A stretch of 63,576 nt of DNA, the filler included, from Octopus bimaculoides (lineage: Eukaryota), in NCBI RefSeq assembly GCF_001194135.2. It is 6 parts of 6 records of this genome, joined end to end, with 100 filler letters (N's around TTAATTAATTAA, not from the genome) between each part and the next. Parts side by side here need not be neighbours in the genome. Positions count along the whole stretch, not along the records: positions 28,046 to 39,006 come from NC_069010.1; positions 39,107 to 46,430 come from NC_068982.1; positions 46,531 to 61,970 come from NC_068983.1; 3 more parts are not named here. One strand, given 5' to 3'. Made by a program: the position numbers and the translations under genes. The notes beneath the pieces were generated by a model. That model was not told the DNA's origin. It ran no database searches and saw nothing but the letters and a program-made list of their open reading frames with translations. This document shows, piece by piece, positions 38,726-51,600 of the stretch; position 1 is the first letter of the stretch; every line of letters starts with the position of its first letter.

Positions 38726-38884
38726 CTCTATAACCACTCATACCCTGATCCACAGCAAGAAGATATACAGGCATTTTCCTTTATTTCCTTACCAAAGAGT
38801 TTACCAAAGCATCTGAAAAACGACGAAAGATCAGCCCTTTCAAGGATAGTCTTTTTCTCGATGAGGAATGATAAGCTATACAGG
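38726..38884 (+). CDS. Internal exon, adhesion-GPCR GAIN-domain-like (copy R)
   Basis: ttttcttccatttttctctaccAG acceptor, 159 nt open, AGG|GTACGG donor. Peptide LYNHSYPDPQQEDIQAFSFISLPKSLPKHLKNDERSALSRIVFFSMRNDKLYR; 6 nt differences from copy L. Confidence 0.6.
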
Positions 38885-39106
38885 GTACGGAACAAAACCT
38901 TTCTTCTTTCTGGTTGAATTCATTGATACGTTTTTTTATAACAATATTAATACAGCATAACTGCCAATGTTTACATGTATGTACTCATCTATATATGACA
39001 GTTTGTNNNNNNNNNNNNNNNNNNNNNNNNNNNNNNNNNNNNNNNNNNNNTTAATTAATTAANNNNNNNNNNNNNNNNNNNNNNNNNNNNNNNNNNNNNN
39101 NNNNNN

Positions 39107-39137
<31 letters not shown>

Positions 39138-39158
39138 CAGACAGACAGACAGACAGAC

Positions 39159-39191
<33 letters not shown>

Positions 39192-41779
39192 TACGTGCAT
39201 GCGTACATACATACAGATAGACTGACACGCACACACACAGACAAACGCTAGACATATTAGATTAGTTTAATCAAGTTATGTTTTTGAATAAGATAAAGTA
39301 CTTTACAAAAGTATCTTACGTCTTTTAAAGGAAAAAAAACAAAACATTGCTGCCTGCCTTCTTTAATATTCATTATAAATGCACTATTATGCCATAATGG
39401 GTGAAGGCAATATATTTACAGATTCCATACATTTTATTCGGCGTTGAGTAGTACCAAATTCGTGAGAGTATATCTTATATAAACAAGCACATTCATGTAC
39501 ATACATATGCTACACACGCGCGCGCGCGCACACACACATACTCACACACACATTCACGTATACACGCAATTCACATACAACTTACGCACGTATGCACAAA
39601 CGTATGAAAGACTTGAATGCCAGCTTGTTTAGAGAGATTTAATACTGGCATATAATAAATTTACTTTGTACCAAGACTATGAGAATGTATAAACAGAAAA
39701 ACACCAATATAATTTAATTTTCGCGAAACATTATACATAGATAGAAGGTCGTAAAGGGAAAAATTACAAAAATATTGCAAATGTAAATAAATACGACAGC
39801 AAACATGTGTCGGGTTTAAAGTCCAAGTTCACGTGTACCTTGGAGTATTTACCATTGGTACGCTATGGTTACTATAAAGGTAATTTAATCATCGTTTTGT
39901 TAAATACGTATACAGACGTAAATTAATTGTAGACATCGTATTTAATATTTCCAGAAATACCTTTTTGACTGCAATTAAAGTGAAGTCTGGGATTAATTGA
40001 TCGTTTCTTTTGTTTTGTTTTTTTGGTTTTTTTTATTACTATATACCTCAAGTGAATCTACATGACAGTCACAGTAGTCTTCGATGAATCACAATGGATG
40101 CATGGTTTCAATTTTAAACAGGTGTGAACGTTTTTTTAATTTTTTTATTTTTTGTTTTATTTTGTAGTTGTTGTTCTGGGGGGGGGTTTCTATTTGCTAA
40201 TCCATTTTAAAAGGAAGAATAGGCTGTTTGCGGTAGACTTTAACGCCTAACTCAAAGTTTTCTATAATTCTCAAATGAAGAATTAAAGTAGGTTGAAATC
40301 CAGAGATATGGGAGCTACTTGAGTGGTGTCTTGGAGAGAAAACCACTGGGACTACAAAGTCAGCTCAGCGAATATTATTTAACATGGCGGACATGTTCTA
40401 TTCTTTCTTGAAAATCGTGTAAGCACAGTTGGTAGCAGAATAAGAATATTTCTCATAAGAGTGAGCAGAGAGTGATTAAACAGCTGGGGAAGAGCGCACA
40501 GAAGGCAGCATTATAGATAATTTTTATCCCATAACTCTGTACTTTATGAGAAGCGGCATTTCAAAGAATAGATCCAACATTTCCTATGTCCGTCATAAAA
40601 GGCGATTAAAAGAGGTTGAGGTAGGACTTACACTGGAACCTCAGAAAACCTTCGCCAGCAACGACTACCCAAACAGATCCTGAATGGTGAAAAGATGGAA
40701 TAGCGAATCACCAACGAAAGATAGATGCAACGAAACACTATTACAGTGTATGCCCCCACATTATAACAACTACTACTACTACAACTACTACTAATACTGT
40801 CACTACCACTAGTATAACACTTGCTGCACAAATGAGTTGGATTCCAGGGAGATTAGCTGAAAGATAGCCTCCACCTCTAGCGATTAGCAGGTTGGATATA
40901 GATATAATTTCGGTGACGTTCTTATCGATTTAGATCAACTCAAAGATTCAGTTATGTCAACCATTTGTACCAACCACCTCTCCTAAGCGTCAACTGTTCC
41001 GGTTAAATATTTTGGCTTCAATTTTCACTCTTATGTTGTTAATAAAAAGAAGTGCCAGTTATATGTTCGGGATGTTATAATCGATTATTTCTCCTCTTTA
41101 CAAATGTGTGACCTTATAGTAATATATTACTGGAATTTTGCCACTTGCTCTCTGCTCACTATCAGCTGAACCAACGTGGACCATGTGGGCAGTGGAAACA
41201 CTTCATTCTATGGAGGGTTAGAATACGATTCGAGTGATGATAGCCTGTCAATGTTGATGAAGACAGTATAAGTAGTCCTTTTTCAGACGCTTTTAGATTT
41301 GGAATTTTAAACAATTTCCAAAAGCCCTTGGGTTTGCGGTGCTAGATAATCTATCGGCATGAGCATGTTAGAATCGCTGGTAACTGAACCTTTGCGAAAC
41401 ATCCAACTCGCATGCGATCTGTATCCGTGCATTGCTGATTTGTGGATCTCTGTTGAACAGCTTTTATCAAGTGCAGAACGGATCTCTTTATCAGCTTAGT
41501 CTATTGTGAAGATAGACTCACCTCATTCCTTTAGCAATAAAAAGTCATTAATCTTCCTGTGTCTGGTCTCAGTAAACAGATTTGCTAAATATATTTATTT
41601 GAAGTCCAAATTAGAAAACTATGCTAAAGCAAATTTATATCAGATAAAAGAAACATAGATAAGTAAAACCAGACAAAATAGACTTACAAGTACTTGAAAT
41701 TTAACAAACTGGATAGATTGCAACACAAAATGAAAGAAAATATTAGGAAGAAATAATATAAAGACGTTAAGTTAATATT

Positions 41780-42300
41780 TATTCTTGTGATATTCTCAAC
41801 TGGACGCGAAATGAATTAGTAATAATAGATGGAAATTAATAAAAATGTTGGCTGCATTCATAATACACCACCAAAAATCTGACAGAGATTGTATTTACTA
41901 CGAATACAGAGAAGCAGGGTCGTATACAACTCGAAAACTATTATAAATTATCTTTTATAAACTACAAAAATATCTAACAAAGAATAATGAAAAAATTAGA
42001 AAATTGCTAGAAAATACAACAAAACAAAAAACACTGTTTTTTGTCTGCCAAAATGTACACAACAGGGGCTGTAGTCATACTCAGTTTTCATTAAAAAGGA
42101 TAAACAACACTTGAAATTGGGTAAAGGCTAAATTCTAAGTTTATAATGGGTCTATAGAATACCATGCTATTGACCAGAAAAGTTTCTCCATGGCCAATAC
42201 CTGCGAATAAGCAAAGAAAAATCGTATCACTGGTTGAGAATCGGAAAATTCAAAGACGGCACTGGAGAATCCTTGGTTGTGTTACAGAAACCGTCAAAAG
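41780..42300 (+). mobile_element. Old R4/Dong-like LINE relic
   Basis: Fragments WTRNEL, KMLAAFIIHHQKSD, FLHGQYLRIS, KSYHWLRIG, homologous to 44630-44990 of the better-preserved copy. Confidence 0.55.
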
Positions 42301-43344
42301 CAAGCTTGAATTATAATACATTAAATAACAGAGTTTAATAAAGAAAACTAATATATAAAATAAAGTATTTATCAACAATATTCAAATTAATCCAATAAAG
42401 CGATATATTCATAATACACGATATATTCATAATATTCATAATACAGTGAATGCTAAATAAATTAGTAACACTAGACAAATAAACAAGAAAAAAAAATTAC
42501 TACATTTAAAATATATTGTCCAAAATCTCAAAACGAAATATATTTACCAGAATGCTGTGAATTATTTTCTCCTGTTTGGCTTAATGCTAAGTAGGGAAAA
42601 GCTTATACGTGATCAATACCAAGAAACTCGCTGTACAGACTGACAACGAAGGATTCAAAATCTAGTCTGAAGAACTTTTTATTGTAATACAGTGTCAAAA
42701 TATTTCTTCCAGAAATACATCAACTGCTGAATATATGGCGGTGACAAAGTAACATATAATCACGTTGTTTTTAATTGCTTAGCCTTAGTAAAAAGAAATA
42801 CATATATAGGTACAACAGTGTTGGCACTTATTATATACTGAAATTATGCTAACATGACGAAATATCAACTGAAAAAAATGTAGCATAAATACACATTAGA
42901 AAATAACAGAGTATATCGAAGTGAAAATTCTCAAGGATAAGCCAATCTACATAGAGAAACAGATCGAGTCTTGTCGATAAGCTATTGTGGTTAAGGGCCA
43001 CTGGAAAAACATTTATTTCCTAATCGTAATTTCAGTCTCAAGTTTTGATAGTGTATTTCTAACCAAAATAAACAAGGAGCCAAATATAGATTTTAAAATC
43101 TACAAATAAAGATAACCACGATGTGAGAAGTGAAAACAGAAACAATCGTTATATTAATATGTACTCAGGGCTAGCGTCTCTGGTAAGTCACCAGTTTTGA
43201 GTATAACTGAAGACATGAAAACAAGTACGTAGCCGAAACTTCGAACATTGTGTTTATATTACGTAATATGTTTTCAATACAATAGAAAACGTTTAAAAAA
43301 TGCGAAACACTCCGCAGAGTTCGTTAATGCAGTAAAATTACTCA

Positions 43345-43560
43345 TTAGAATAAGACTATGGGCACGAGACCTGAAATTTTGGGGAAGGAGTCTTATCGAT
43401 TACATCAACCCAGGTGTTCAACAAGAACTTATTTCATCGACCTCGAAAGGAGGAAAAGCAAAGTCGTCCTCGGTGGAGTTTGGACTTAGAATACACAGAC
43501 GAACGAAATTCCGCTAAACATTTTGTCCGACGTGCTAACGATTCCGCTAGGTCGCTTTTT
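43345..43560 (-). mobile_element. SINE family A, degenerate
   Basis: Reverse complement of head, core and tail. Confidence 0.7.
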
Positions 43561-43709
43561 TTACTAAAACAGCTATGCTGAAAAACATATCAACGCCTCG
43601 ACAGGAAATCAGACACCCGACCTTTTATTCAAGAGACCAACGTCGGAACCAATAGGCCAAGCGATTTCACCGAATAATAATAATCTTTCCTACTGTAGGC
43701 AAAAGGCAA

Positions 43710-45700
43710 GGAAGGGGAATATTGTGGGGAAACTACCGTCTCATAGCATGCTTAGACATAATCTGAAAGATACTCACTGGAATATGTCCGGCAAAGACAT
43801 ACACTTTCCTGGATCAGGAAGAAATACTACCAAGGGAACAAAAAGGATGTAGGAAGAGTTCTCAGGATACTAAGGATCGCTTGGTCATCGATAAAACAGT
43901 TTTGAGGCATAGTAAAAAAACATCATACAAACATGTCTATGGCTTGGATTGACTTTAAGAAGGCATATGATATGATGCCTCATTCTTGGATCGTTGAATG
44001 CCTGCAGATGTTTGGTGTTGCTGACAACATCACAAATTTTCTGATGCATAGTATGAATGAGGGGAAAACCAAATTGTACTCAAGTAATGTATTCCTTGGA
44101 GAAATTAATATTAAAAGGGGAATCTTCCAAGGTGACTCGTTTTCACCGTTACTTTTTGTAATTGCACTAATACCCATAACAATGACACTTAGGAAAGTTA
44201 AGATGGGTTACCGATGTGGGAAGAAAGGCCCACCACTGAACCATCTTCTGTTTATGGATGACCTGAAATTGTTTGGGAACTGAAAAACGGATAGATTAAC
44301 CAAAACAGTCCAGAAGTGTGGTAGGGACATCGGTATGGAATTTGGGATCACCAAATGCTCAGTACTTAATATGAAAAGAGGGAAGAAAGATTGCAGAGGA
44401 TTGCAGTTACCATCAGGAGAGAACATGGGTGAACCCGGCGGTAGAGGGTATAGATATTTAGGGATTTTGGAGCTGGATGAAATTCTACACAGAGAAATGA
44501 GAGTCAAGATCAGCGAGGCGTATCAAAAATGGGTGAAGATGGTTTTGAAATCCAACCTGAATGCCAAATATTTGATTACCGCAATGAATATCTGGGTAGC
44601 TGCGGTGGTCAGATATAGTGCGTCCATCCTCAAATGGACTAAGGAGGAAATATCAACCCTGAATAGAAGGACGAGAAAGTTGATGACACTGCATGGGGCG
44701 CTACACCCTAAAGCGAACGTAAACAGACTGTATACGAAAAGAAAGAATGGTGGCAGAGTGAAAGGAGAAGTCTTGCCGAGTATTTGATAAATAGTGATGA
44801 AGACCTGCTGGAATATGCCGCGAAAGACATGGGTGTAAATGCAGATGAAATGACGGCAAGGAAGAGTTTAACCAAAGAGCTGAGGAGAAGAGAAAAGAAG
44901 ACCTTCTTGAAATGAGAATGCATGGACAGTTTGAAAGGAATACATAAGGCGTTAACGATAATACAGCATTGTGGGTATGGCTTAGCCGAAATAATTTGAA
45001 GCGTACCACAGAAAACCTGATCATTGCTGCACAAGACCAGGCTCTCGCTACCAATTCAGTGAAGTATAACATCTATAAAACTTCTGACACCCAGAAATGC
45101 AAACTCTGTGGAAAGAGTATGGAAAATGTGACCCACTTGGTAAGTGGATGTGAGAGCCTTGCACAAAAAGAATACAAGCGCCGCCACGATTAAGTGTGTG
45201 TGTGTATCTTCATTGGTTCTTATGCCGTAAATAAACAATATGAAGTAATAGAGCATGTATCAAGAAAAGTTACGCAGGAGGATGGAAAAGTAACGATACT
45301 CTGGGACTATGATTTTCAGACGGATCGTGTATTAGAACACCGTCGACCGGATATTGTCATATTGAATAAGACAGACGAACACTGTCAGATCATTGATGTA
45401 GCCATACCAAATGACATGAATGTTGTGAGTAAAGAGGTTGAAAAAATCACAAAGTACTCCGAATTGAAAGTGGAAATGACAAGACTGTATGGAATGCGAG
45501 AGAGTAATGTAAAAGTGATACCAGTGGTGATCGGAGCGCTGGAATCAATATCATTGAAACTCCAAGACTTCCTAAGGCAACTGGAAATCCCATGCAAGAT
45601 TGATGTCTTGCCAAGAGCAGCCTTATTAGTTACAGCGCACATCTTAAGGAAGGCACTATCTGTTTGAGGTCCTTGTTGTGACTTGACAGATGACTAAAGG
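43710..45700 (+). mobile_element. R4/Dong-like RLE-type non-LTR retrotransposon, 5'-truncated, pseudogenised
   Basis: NYRLIACL, AWIDFKKAYDMMPHSWI, RGIFQGDSFSPLLF, HLLFMDDLKLFG (RT); CKLCGKSMENVTHLVSGC (CCHC knuckle); RHD; HRRPDIVI..IIDVAIP..EKITKY (restriction-like endonuclease). Stops and frameshifts present. Confidence 0.9.
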
Positions 45701-45799
45701 CGGGCAATGCGGTCGGTGGTAGTTCTACTCTGGCGTTCAATAGAGGGCTAGTGAAAGAAAAGTGCGACGACGTTCTCAGGGAAACTCTGGGCATCGATG

Positions 45800-46235
45800 A
45801 GGGATCAATTAACCGGTCTGTTTCGGAGAACTTTCGGGCCTGGGCCTATGGATAACTTCCAGAAAATTAGAGAAGAAATATAAAATACGGAAGAACGGGT
45901 TTGATGCAGTAATAAAGCAGTTAAAACAGAGGATCAAAACAAAAACAACAAAAACCAAAAACAGAAGAGCAGAAGATTTGTGAACAGAAATAAGCAGTTC
46001 GAGGAGAACAATAGGGAAAATGTTGCCCCTGCTGCAAATCAAGCCGAGGATTTCTGGAGCGGATTATAGGGAAACAATGTGGTACATAAAAAGGATGCAA
46101 TGTGGACAGGGTCTATCAAAACAGAATTACAAGGAAGAAAGAAACAAAGGAATATTGTCATAAGCATGGGTGATGTGAAAGAACAAGTGGGTAAACTGGA
46201 AAGCCCCCGGACCAGATGGGATTCGTGGCTTCTGC
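45800..46235 (+). mobile_element. Upstream (pre-RT) segment of the same LINE family, located 3' of the element end
   Basis: AVIKQLKQRIK..AEDFWSGL..HKKDAMW..DVKEQV..WKAPGPDGIRGFCLK (RT domain 0). Confidence 0.75.
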
Positions 46236-47165
46236 TTGAAGAGATGCCACGTGGTGATGGGGGACACAGGCACCAACACACACCAACACACACACCTACA
46301 TATATATATATAGATATATATGACGTGTTCTTTCAGTTTCTGTCTACCAAATCCACTCACAAGGATATGGTCGGCCCGAGGATATAGTAGAAGACACTGG
46401 TCCGAGGAGCAATGCAGTGGGACTGAATATNNNNNNNNNNNNNNNNNNNNNNNNNNNNNNNNNNNNNNNNNNNNTTAATTAATTAANNNNNNNNNNNNNN
46501 NNNNNNNNNNNNNNNNNNNNNNNNNNNNNNTATATATATACATATATATTCATCTGGCTTTATTGCATATATACATTATAATATATATCATATTAAGAAA
46601 ATATATTAATAAATGCTAATATCCATTATGCATATTATGTTTGCATATAATACATAAATACTATACGCGCGCCCACACAAACACATATATATATATACGT
46701 GAGGGATGAGTATATATGCTTTTAGTATTTATAATTAATGCATATTAAATACTTCTGTAATATAAAAGTCTATAAGTACATAAATACATTCGTGTATGTA
46801 ATTATATATTTATGCATATATTTGCCAATACATATGTGTATTAATGATTGTTTGTATGTAAGTAATGTTATATGTTAAAATAATTAATTTACCATTAAAC
46901 CTTATGATTACTCAATATATTTCAGCAAAAATGTATATTTATTACATTTGACACTAATATTTCACGGTACCTAAAAAGTCACGAATCAATCGCTTTCATT
47001 TCACAATTTCTCTCTGCTTGAATACATTCTCTGATACTTGAACCTTTGATAATTGTTGCAATGCTAATGAGAATTATATGCAATGTAGATGGACAAGTTA
47101 AATGGGTCTACAACAAGGAGGAAATAGCACATACTTAAATTCATTCAATATTAAAATTTTATGTA

Positions 47166-47205
<40 letters not shown>

Positions 47206-47580
47206 NNNNNNNNNNNNNNNNNNNNNNNNNNNNNNNNNNNNNNNNNNNNNNNNNNNNNNNNNNNNNNNNNNNNNNNNNNNNNNNNNNNNNNNNNNNNNNN
47301 NNNNNNNNNNNNNNNNNNNNNNNNNNNNNNNNNNNNNNNNNNNNNNNNNNNNNNNNNNNNNNNNNNNNNNNNNNNNNNNNNNNNNNNNNNNNNNNNNNNN
47401 NNNNNNNNNNNNNNNNNNNNNNNNNNNNNNNNNNNNNNNNNNNNNNNNNNNNNNNNNNNNNNNNNNNNNNNNNNNNNNNNNNNNNNNNCAGAAAGAGAGA
47501 GAGGGGGGGAGAAAGAGAGAGCCACATATTACACACACAAACACACATATATATATATATACATATGCATAATCTACGTG

Positions 47581-47611
<31 letters not shown>

Positions 47612-47949
47612 GCATGCACACATTCGTATAAATACATATGTACGTGCGTGTGCGTGCAATTGTTCGTGTATGGTTTTGTATCTCATGCTGTGATGGTTCT
47701 CCACAAGAATTATGCTAAACTTGAATTTGGTATTGCAATACACAACCACTTAACTAATTCAACGAGGATTTTGTCAAGTTGATCCAACATTGGGACTGTC
47801 ATAAGTAGAAAGTCCCTTGGGAGTCCTCATATGTGTGACTGTTTGTGTTCTTGTGCGTGTTTGTTGTTCCCGTTGTGGCCATTTATGCCCGTTCATAGAC
47901 TAGTGTTTCATCAAGTGGATTTTAATATGAGAAAGTAATACTTTGATAA

Positions 47950-48657
47950 CACTGGTCAACAAAAAAAAAAAATTTTGAAATGGTGTCGAGACACCAAACA
48001 TTTTTTTTTTTTAGCTAATTTGAGGGTGCTGAATCTGAAAATGACCTTACTTTTTCTTGGTGAGCTACCGTTTTTGCTGTACAGATATGCCCCATTTTTG
48101 AAAAAAAATGCATTTTTGTCATTTGTTTTCTGCGTATGATATCGATCGATAGCAAAATTTCTCCATGTAAAATCATAGAAATCACTCAATTCGTACTTAA
48201 ACCAACAAATATTGGTCTGCTTATTGAGAAATACTGTTTTTGCAATAACAATCAAATCCTAAGTCTTTAAAAACAACACGATTGAACGAACCAAGACCAA
48301 CAAGTATTTTCATCAAGTCATTAAATAAACTAACAGCAGAAATAAAACCTTCGCGAACATAAGAACTATGATAAAAAATTTCTCTTTCTTGATTTTCCGT
48401 CATGTTCAATGTTATTTAGGTCACTTTTGATACTCCAGCAGTAGTCAGCCATAATTCGCTTATCCCACCGTCCCTTGTAGCGTTCTTCCATTGTTTTGAT
48501 ATCCTGATGGAATTGTTCTCCTTGCTCACATTACCGCAATTATCCGGAAATTTATCTAGATGGCTATGTAAAAAAGAACCTTAATGCTCATTTTAGCGCC
48601 TATATCCTGTAGACTTTTCAACAGCTTTTCCACTAAATCCTTGTAGTTTTCGGCCTG
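47950..48657 (-). mobile_element. Chapaev-like transposon 3' end with terminal CAC
   Basis: QAENYKDLVEKLLKSLQDIGAKMSIKV.FLHSHLDKFPDNCGNVS..FHQDIKTMEERYKGRWDKRIMADYCWSIK; terminus CACTGGTCAAC at 47950 preceded by TAA. Confidence 0.8.
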
Positions 48658-51600
48658 GTCATCCATTCTCTTGACATGCCCCAGCCACCTCGGTCTTCTC
48701 ATACACAAGATAGCTGTCATGCTTTGAAGATTTTCCTGGGCCAGCACTTCAACATTGGTGACCTTGTCCTGCCATGTTAGGCCTAAGATCTTGCAGAGGC
48801 ATCTGAGATAGAAAATGCCGAGGCACCTTTCCTGTCTGCTGTGCAAGGTCCATGTTTCAGATCCATAGAGGAGTGTGCTGAGAACACATGCTTCATAAAT
48901 CCTGATCTTTGTTTTGTTTTATCTTTTGTTCTTCCATACTCGTTTTGTCAGCCTTCCAAAAGTTGTTGCTGCCTTCCCTATCCTGACGTTAATCTCATCA
49001 TCAAGTGAAGCAGTAAGTAGAGGAAATGGTAGACCCTAGATAGCAGAACGTGTCCACTGTCTCAAGCTCCTTGTCATCAACCTTGATATGGCCTTTCACT
49101 GTGCCCTCCTGAGTGAGGATAACGGTCTTCTTTACACTGAAGATCAAACCGAAGGCCTTGCATGCTGATGATAGGTGGTCCATCATTATTTGTAGAGTTA
49201 ATTCACTGTGAGCAACAAGTACCGCATCTTCGGCGAAGAGAAAGTCTCTTGCTCTATTGATCTTGGTCTTGGCCCGAAGTCTAGAAAGATCAAAGAGTGA
49301 TCCATCAGTTCTCTCCAACAAAGGTAGACATCTCCCGGCGACTCTTGAAATGCATACTGCAGCAATACAGCAAAGTAAATGCTGAAAAGGATTGGTGCTA
49401 AGACACAACCTTGTTTTACTCCGCTGTTGATGTTAAAGCTATCTGATATTAAACCGTCAAACTGAATGGTGGCCTTGATGTCATCTTGGAATGAAACAAT
49501 GAACTGCAGTAGTATTGGTGGGCAGCCACATTTTCCAAGCACAAGCACCAATTACAGTCCTGATCTGCTTACTCTATCAAATGCCTTTGTCAGATCGACA
49601 AATGTTATATATAGTGGTAATTGCTGCTCCCGGCATTTTACTTGTAGTTGACGAATGGAGAAGATCATATCCATTGTTGAGCGGTTAGATCTAAAACCGC
49701 ACTGGCGCTCTGGTAGTACTCTTTCTGCTAGCTTCTGAAGTCGTTTCAGAATGATCCTCGCAAAAGCTTTTCCAGTGATGCTCAGAAGTGAGATGCCTCT
49801 GTAGTTATTGCAATCTCCCTTGTCCCCTTTATTTTTGTAGAGTGTAATGATCTTGGGATTTCTTATATTCTGTGGAATTTTTAAATCCAACCAACACGTC
49901 TTTAGTAACTTGTATAAATGTGGAAGGAGGGCATCTTTGTTCTCTATCAACACCTCAGCAGGTATATGGTCATTCCCGTGTGCTTTTCATCGATTGCAGT
50001 GGAGAATTCTTCTTCCGTTGGTGGTATATCAATTTCTATCACTTCGGGGTGCTGAGGAATGGCCTCATCAAACTGTCTATCAACATCTCACTCTTTTGTG
50101 TACAATTTAGAGTAATGTTCCACCCATCCTTCCATTTGATTCTTCTTGTCTGTCATCTGGTCACCTGTTGCAGACTTGAGAGGTGCCCCTTTACTCACTG
50201 TTGGTCCGATAGCAACTCTAATCTTCTCATACATTTTCCAGATGTTTCCAATGTCACTCGCCTATTGAATTTATAAGTATGATTTCTTTCAGTACTGGTT
50301 GGCACATTTTCTAGTTTCTTTTTGAAGGTTGGATTTTACAGCACGTAGCTGTTTGCTTTGTACTTTCTGTTGGTTTTCTATTGTGCTTTATGAAGATCTT
50401 GCAGTTTTTCTCAAATAATGGCATTAGTATTGGAGCATTGGCTTTGATCCAGTCCTCCTTGAAAGTCGATCCGTTCCAAAGGCCCACGACACAGAATCAT
50501 ATATTGCTGATTTCATGTTGTTCCACATGTCGCCAGGGGATGAGCTACGTTTTGGAGCTGTTCTTCAAAATATTCTTGAAATTTGGTTCTCATCACTGGT
50601 TCTTGGGCGTTTTTTTTTTTGTTGATCTTAGGTTTCTTTGGTTTTTCGGCTCTTGGGGTTTTCTTTGTGACCATCTTTACCTTTACTATAACCAACAGGT
50701 TATTTGTGTTACAGTCTGCACTGTGGAAGGATCTTGTTTGCTTTACAGCGTTGACATCATTCTTTCTGACGATGACGAAGTCAATCTGGAGCCAATAACC
50801 TGATCTTGGATGGCACCAAGAAACTTTATGCCGGTCTTTGCCATTGTAGAAGGTGCTTGCAATGCACAGGTTGTTATTTGTGAAAAATTCGAAGAGTCTC
50901 TGGCCATTATCATTGATTTTCCCCAGTCCAAACTGTCCAAGGCACTTGGGCCATACTTGGTGATCAGCGCCTATTCTTGCATTGAAATTACTCATGAGAG
51001 AAAGTTTGTCTGCCCTTGGGATACTGTTGATCATATCCTGAAGTTCTTCGTAGAACTGATCTTTTTTGTCATTTTCTGCTGTTAGAATAGGAACATAGGC
51101 ACTAATGAGATGGGCCCTTCCAGTTTTAGTCCCCGCTTCCATGATAGTGATGCGCTCATTTATACCTCGAGGAAAACGGAACTTGTTCAGCAATCTGTTG
51201 TATACAGCAAACCCCACACCATGGATTCTCCTCTCATCTTCTCCAAGACCCTTCCAGAAGAATGTGTGATTTCTTTGCCTAATGAAACCAGAGTCAGCAA
51301 GTCTTGTCTCTTGCCGGGCAGTGATGTCTACATTCGGCCGTGTGAGCTCCTTGTCAATGATTGCCGTTTTGTCCGGGTCGGTAATGTCCATTCCGGTTGT
51401 CATTGTTCTGACATTCCAGGTCCCCAGTTCAATGAGATCAATTTCAATTTTCTTCTCCTTTTGCCAGGTGCTGGGCTTTACGTCAGATTTTCAGTTTTTG
51501 TCCTAGCTCCATACATCCTTAGCAGCGGACAAACGTGGTGGATCAGCACCTTACTGACTGGGGACTGCCCAGTTTAAGATGGGCGGTAGCTGATCAGTGC

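Noticed and set aside
38548-38733. Duplicated ORF MQKPQWLL..FHFSLPAL (also 29663-29851)
   Set aside because: It ends in the polypyrimidine tract and acceptor of the better-supported exon and has no recognisable motif; it is shared only because of the duplication.
40560-41600. Possible further LINE relic (RLPKQILNGE)
   Set aside because: Only one short RTE-like motif is recognisable; too degraded to delimit or classify.
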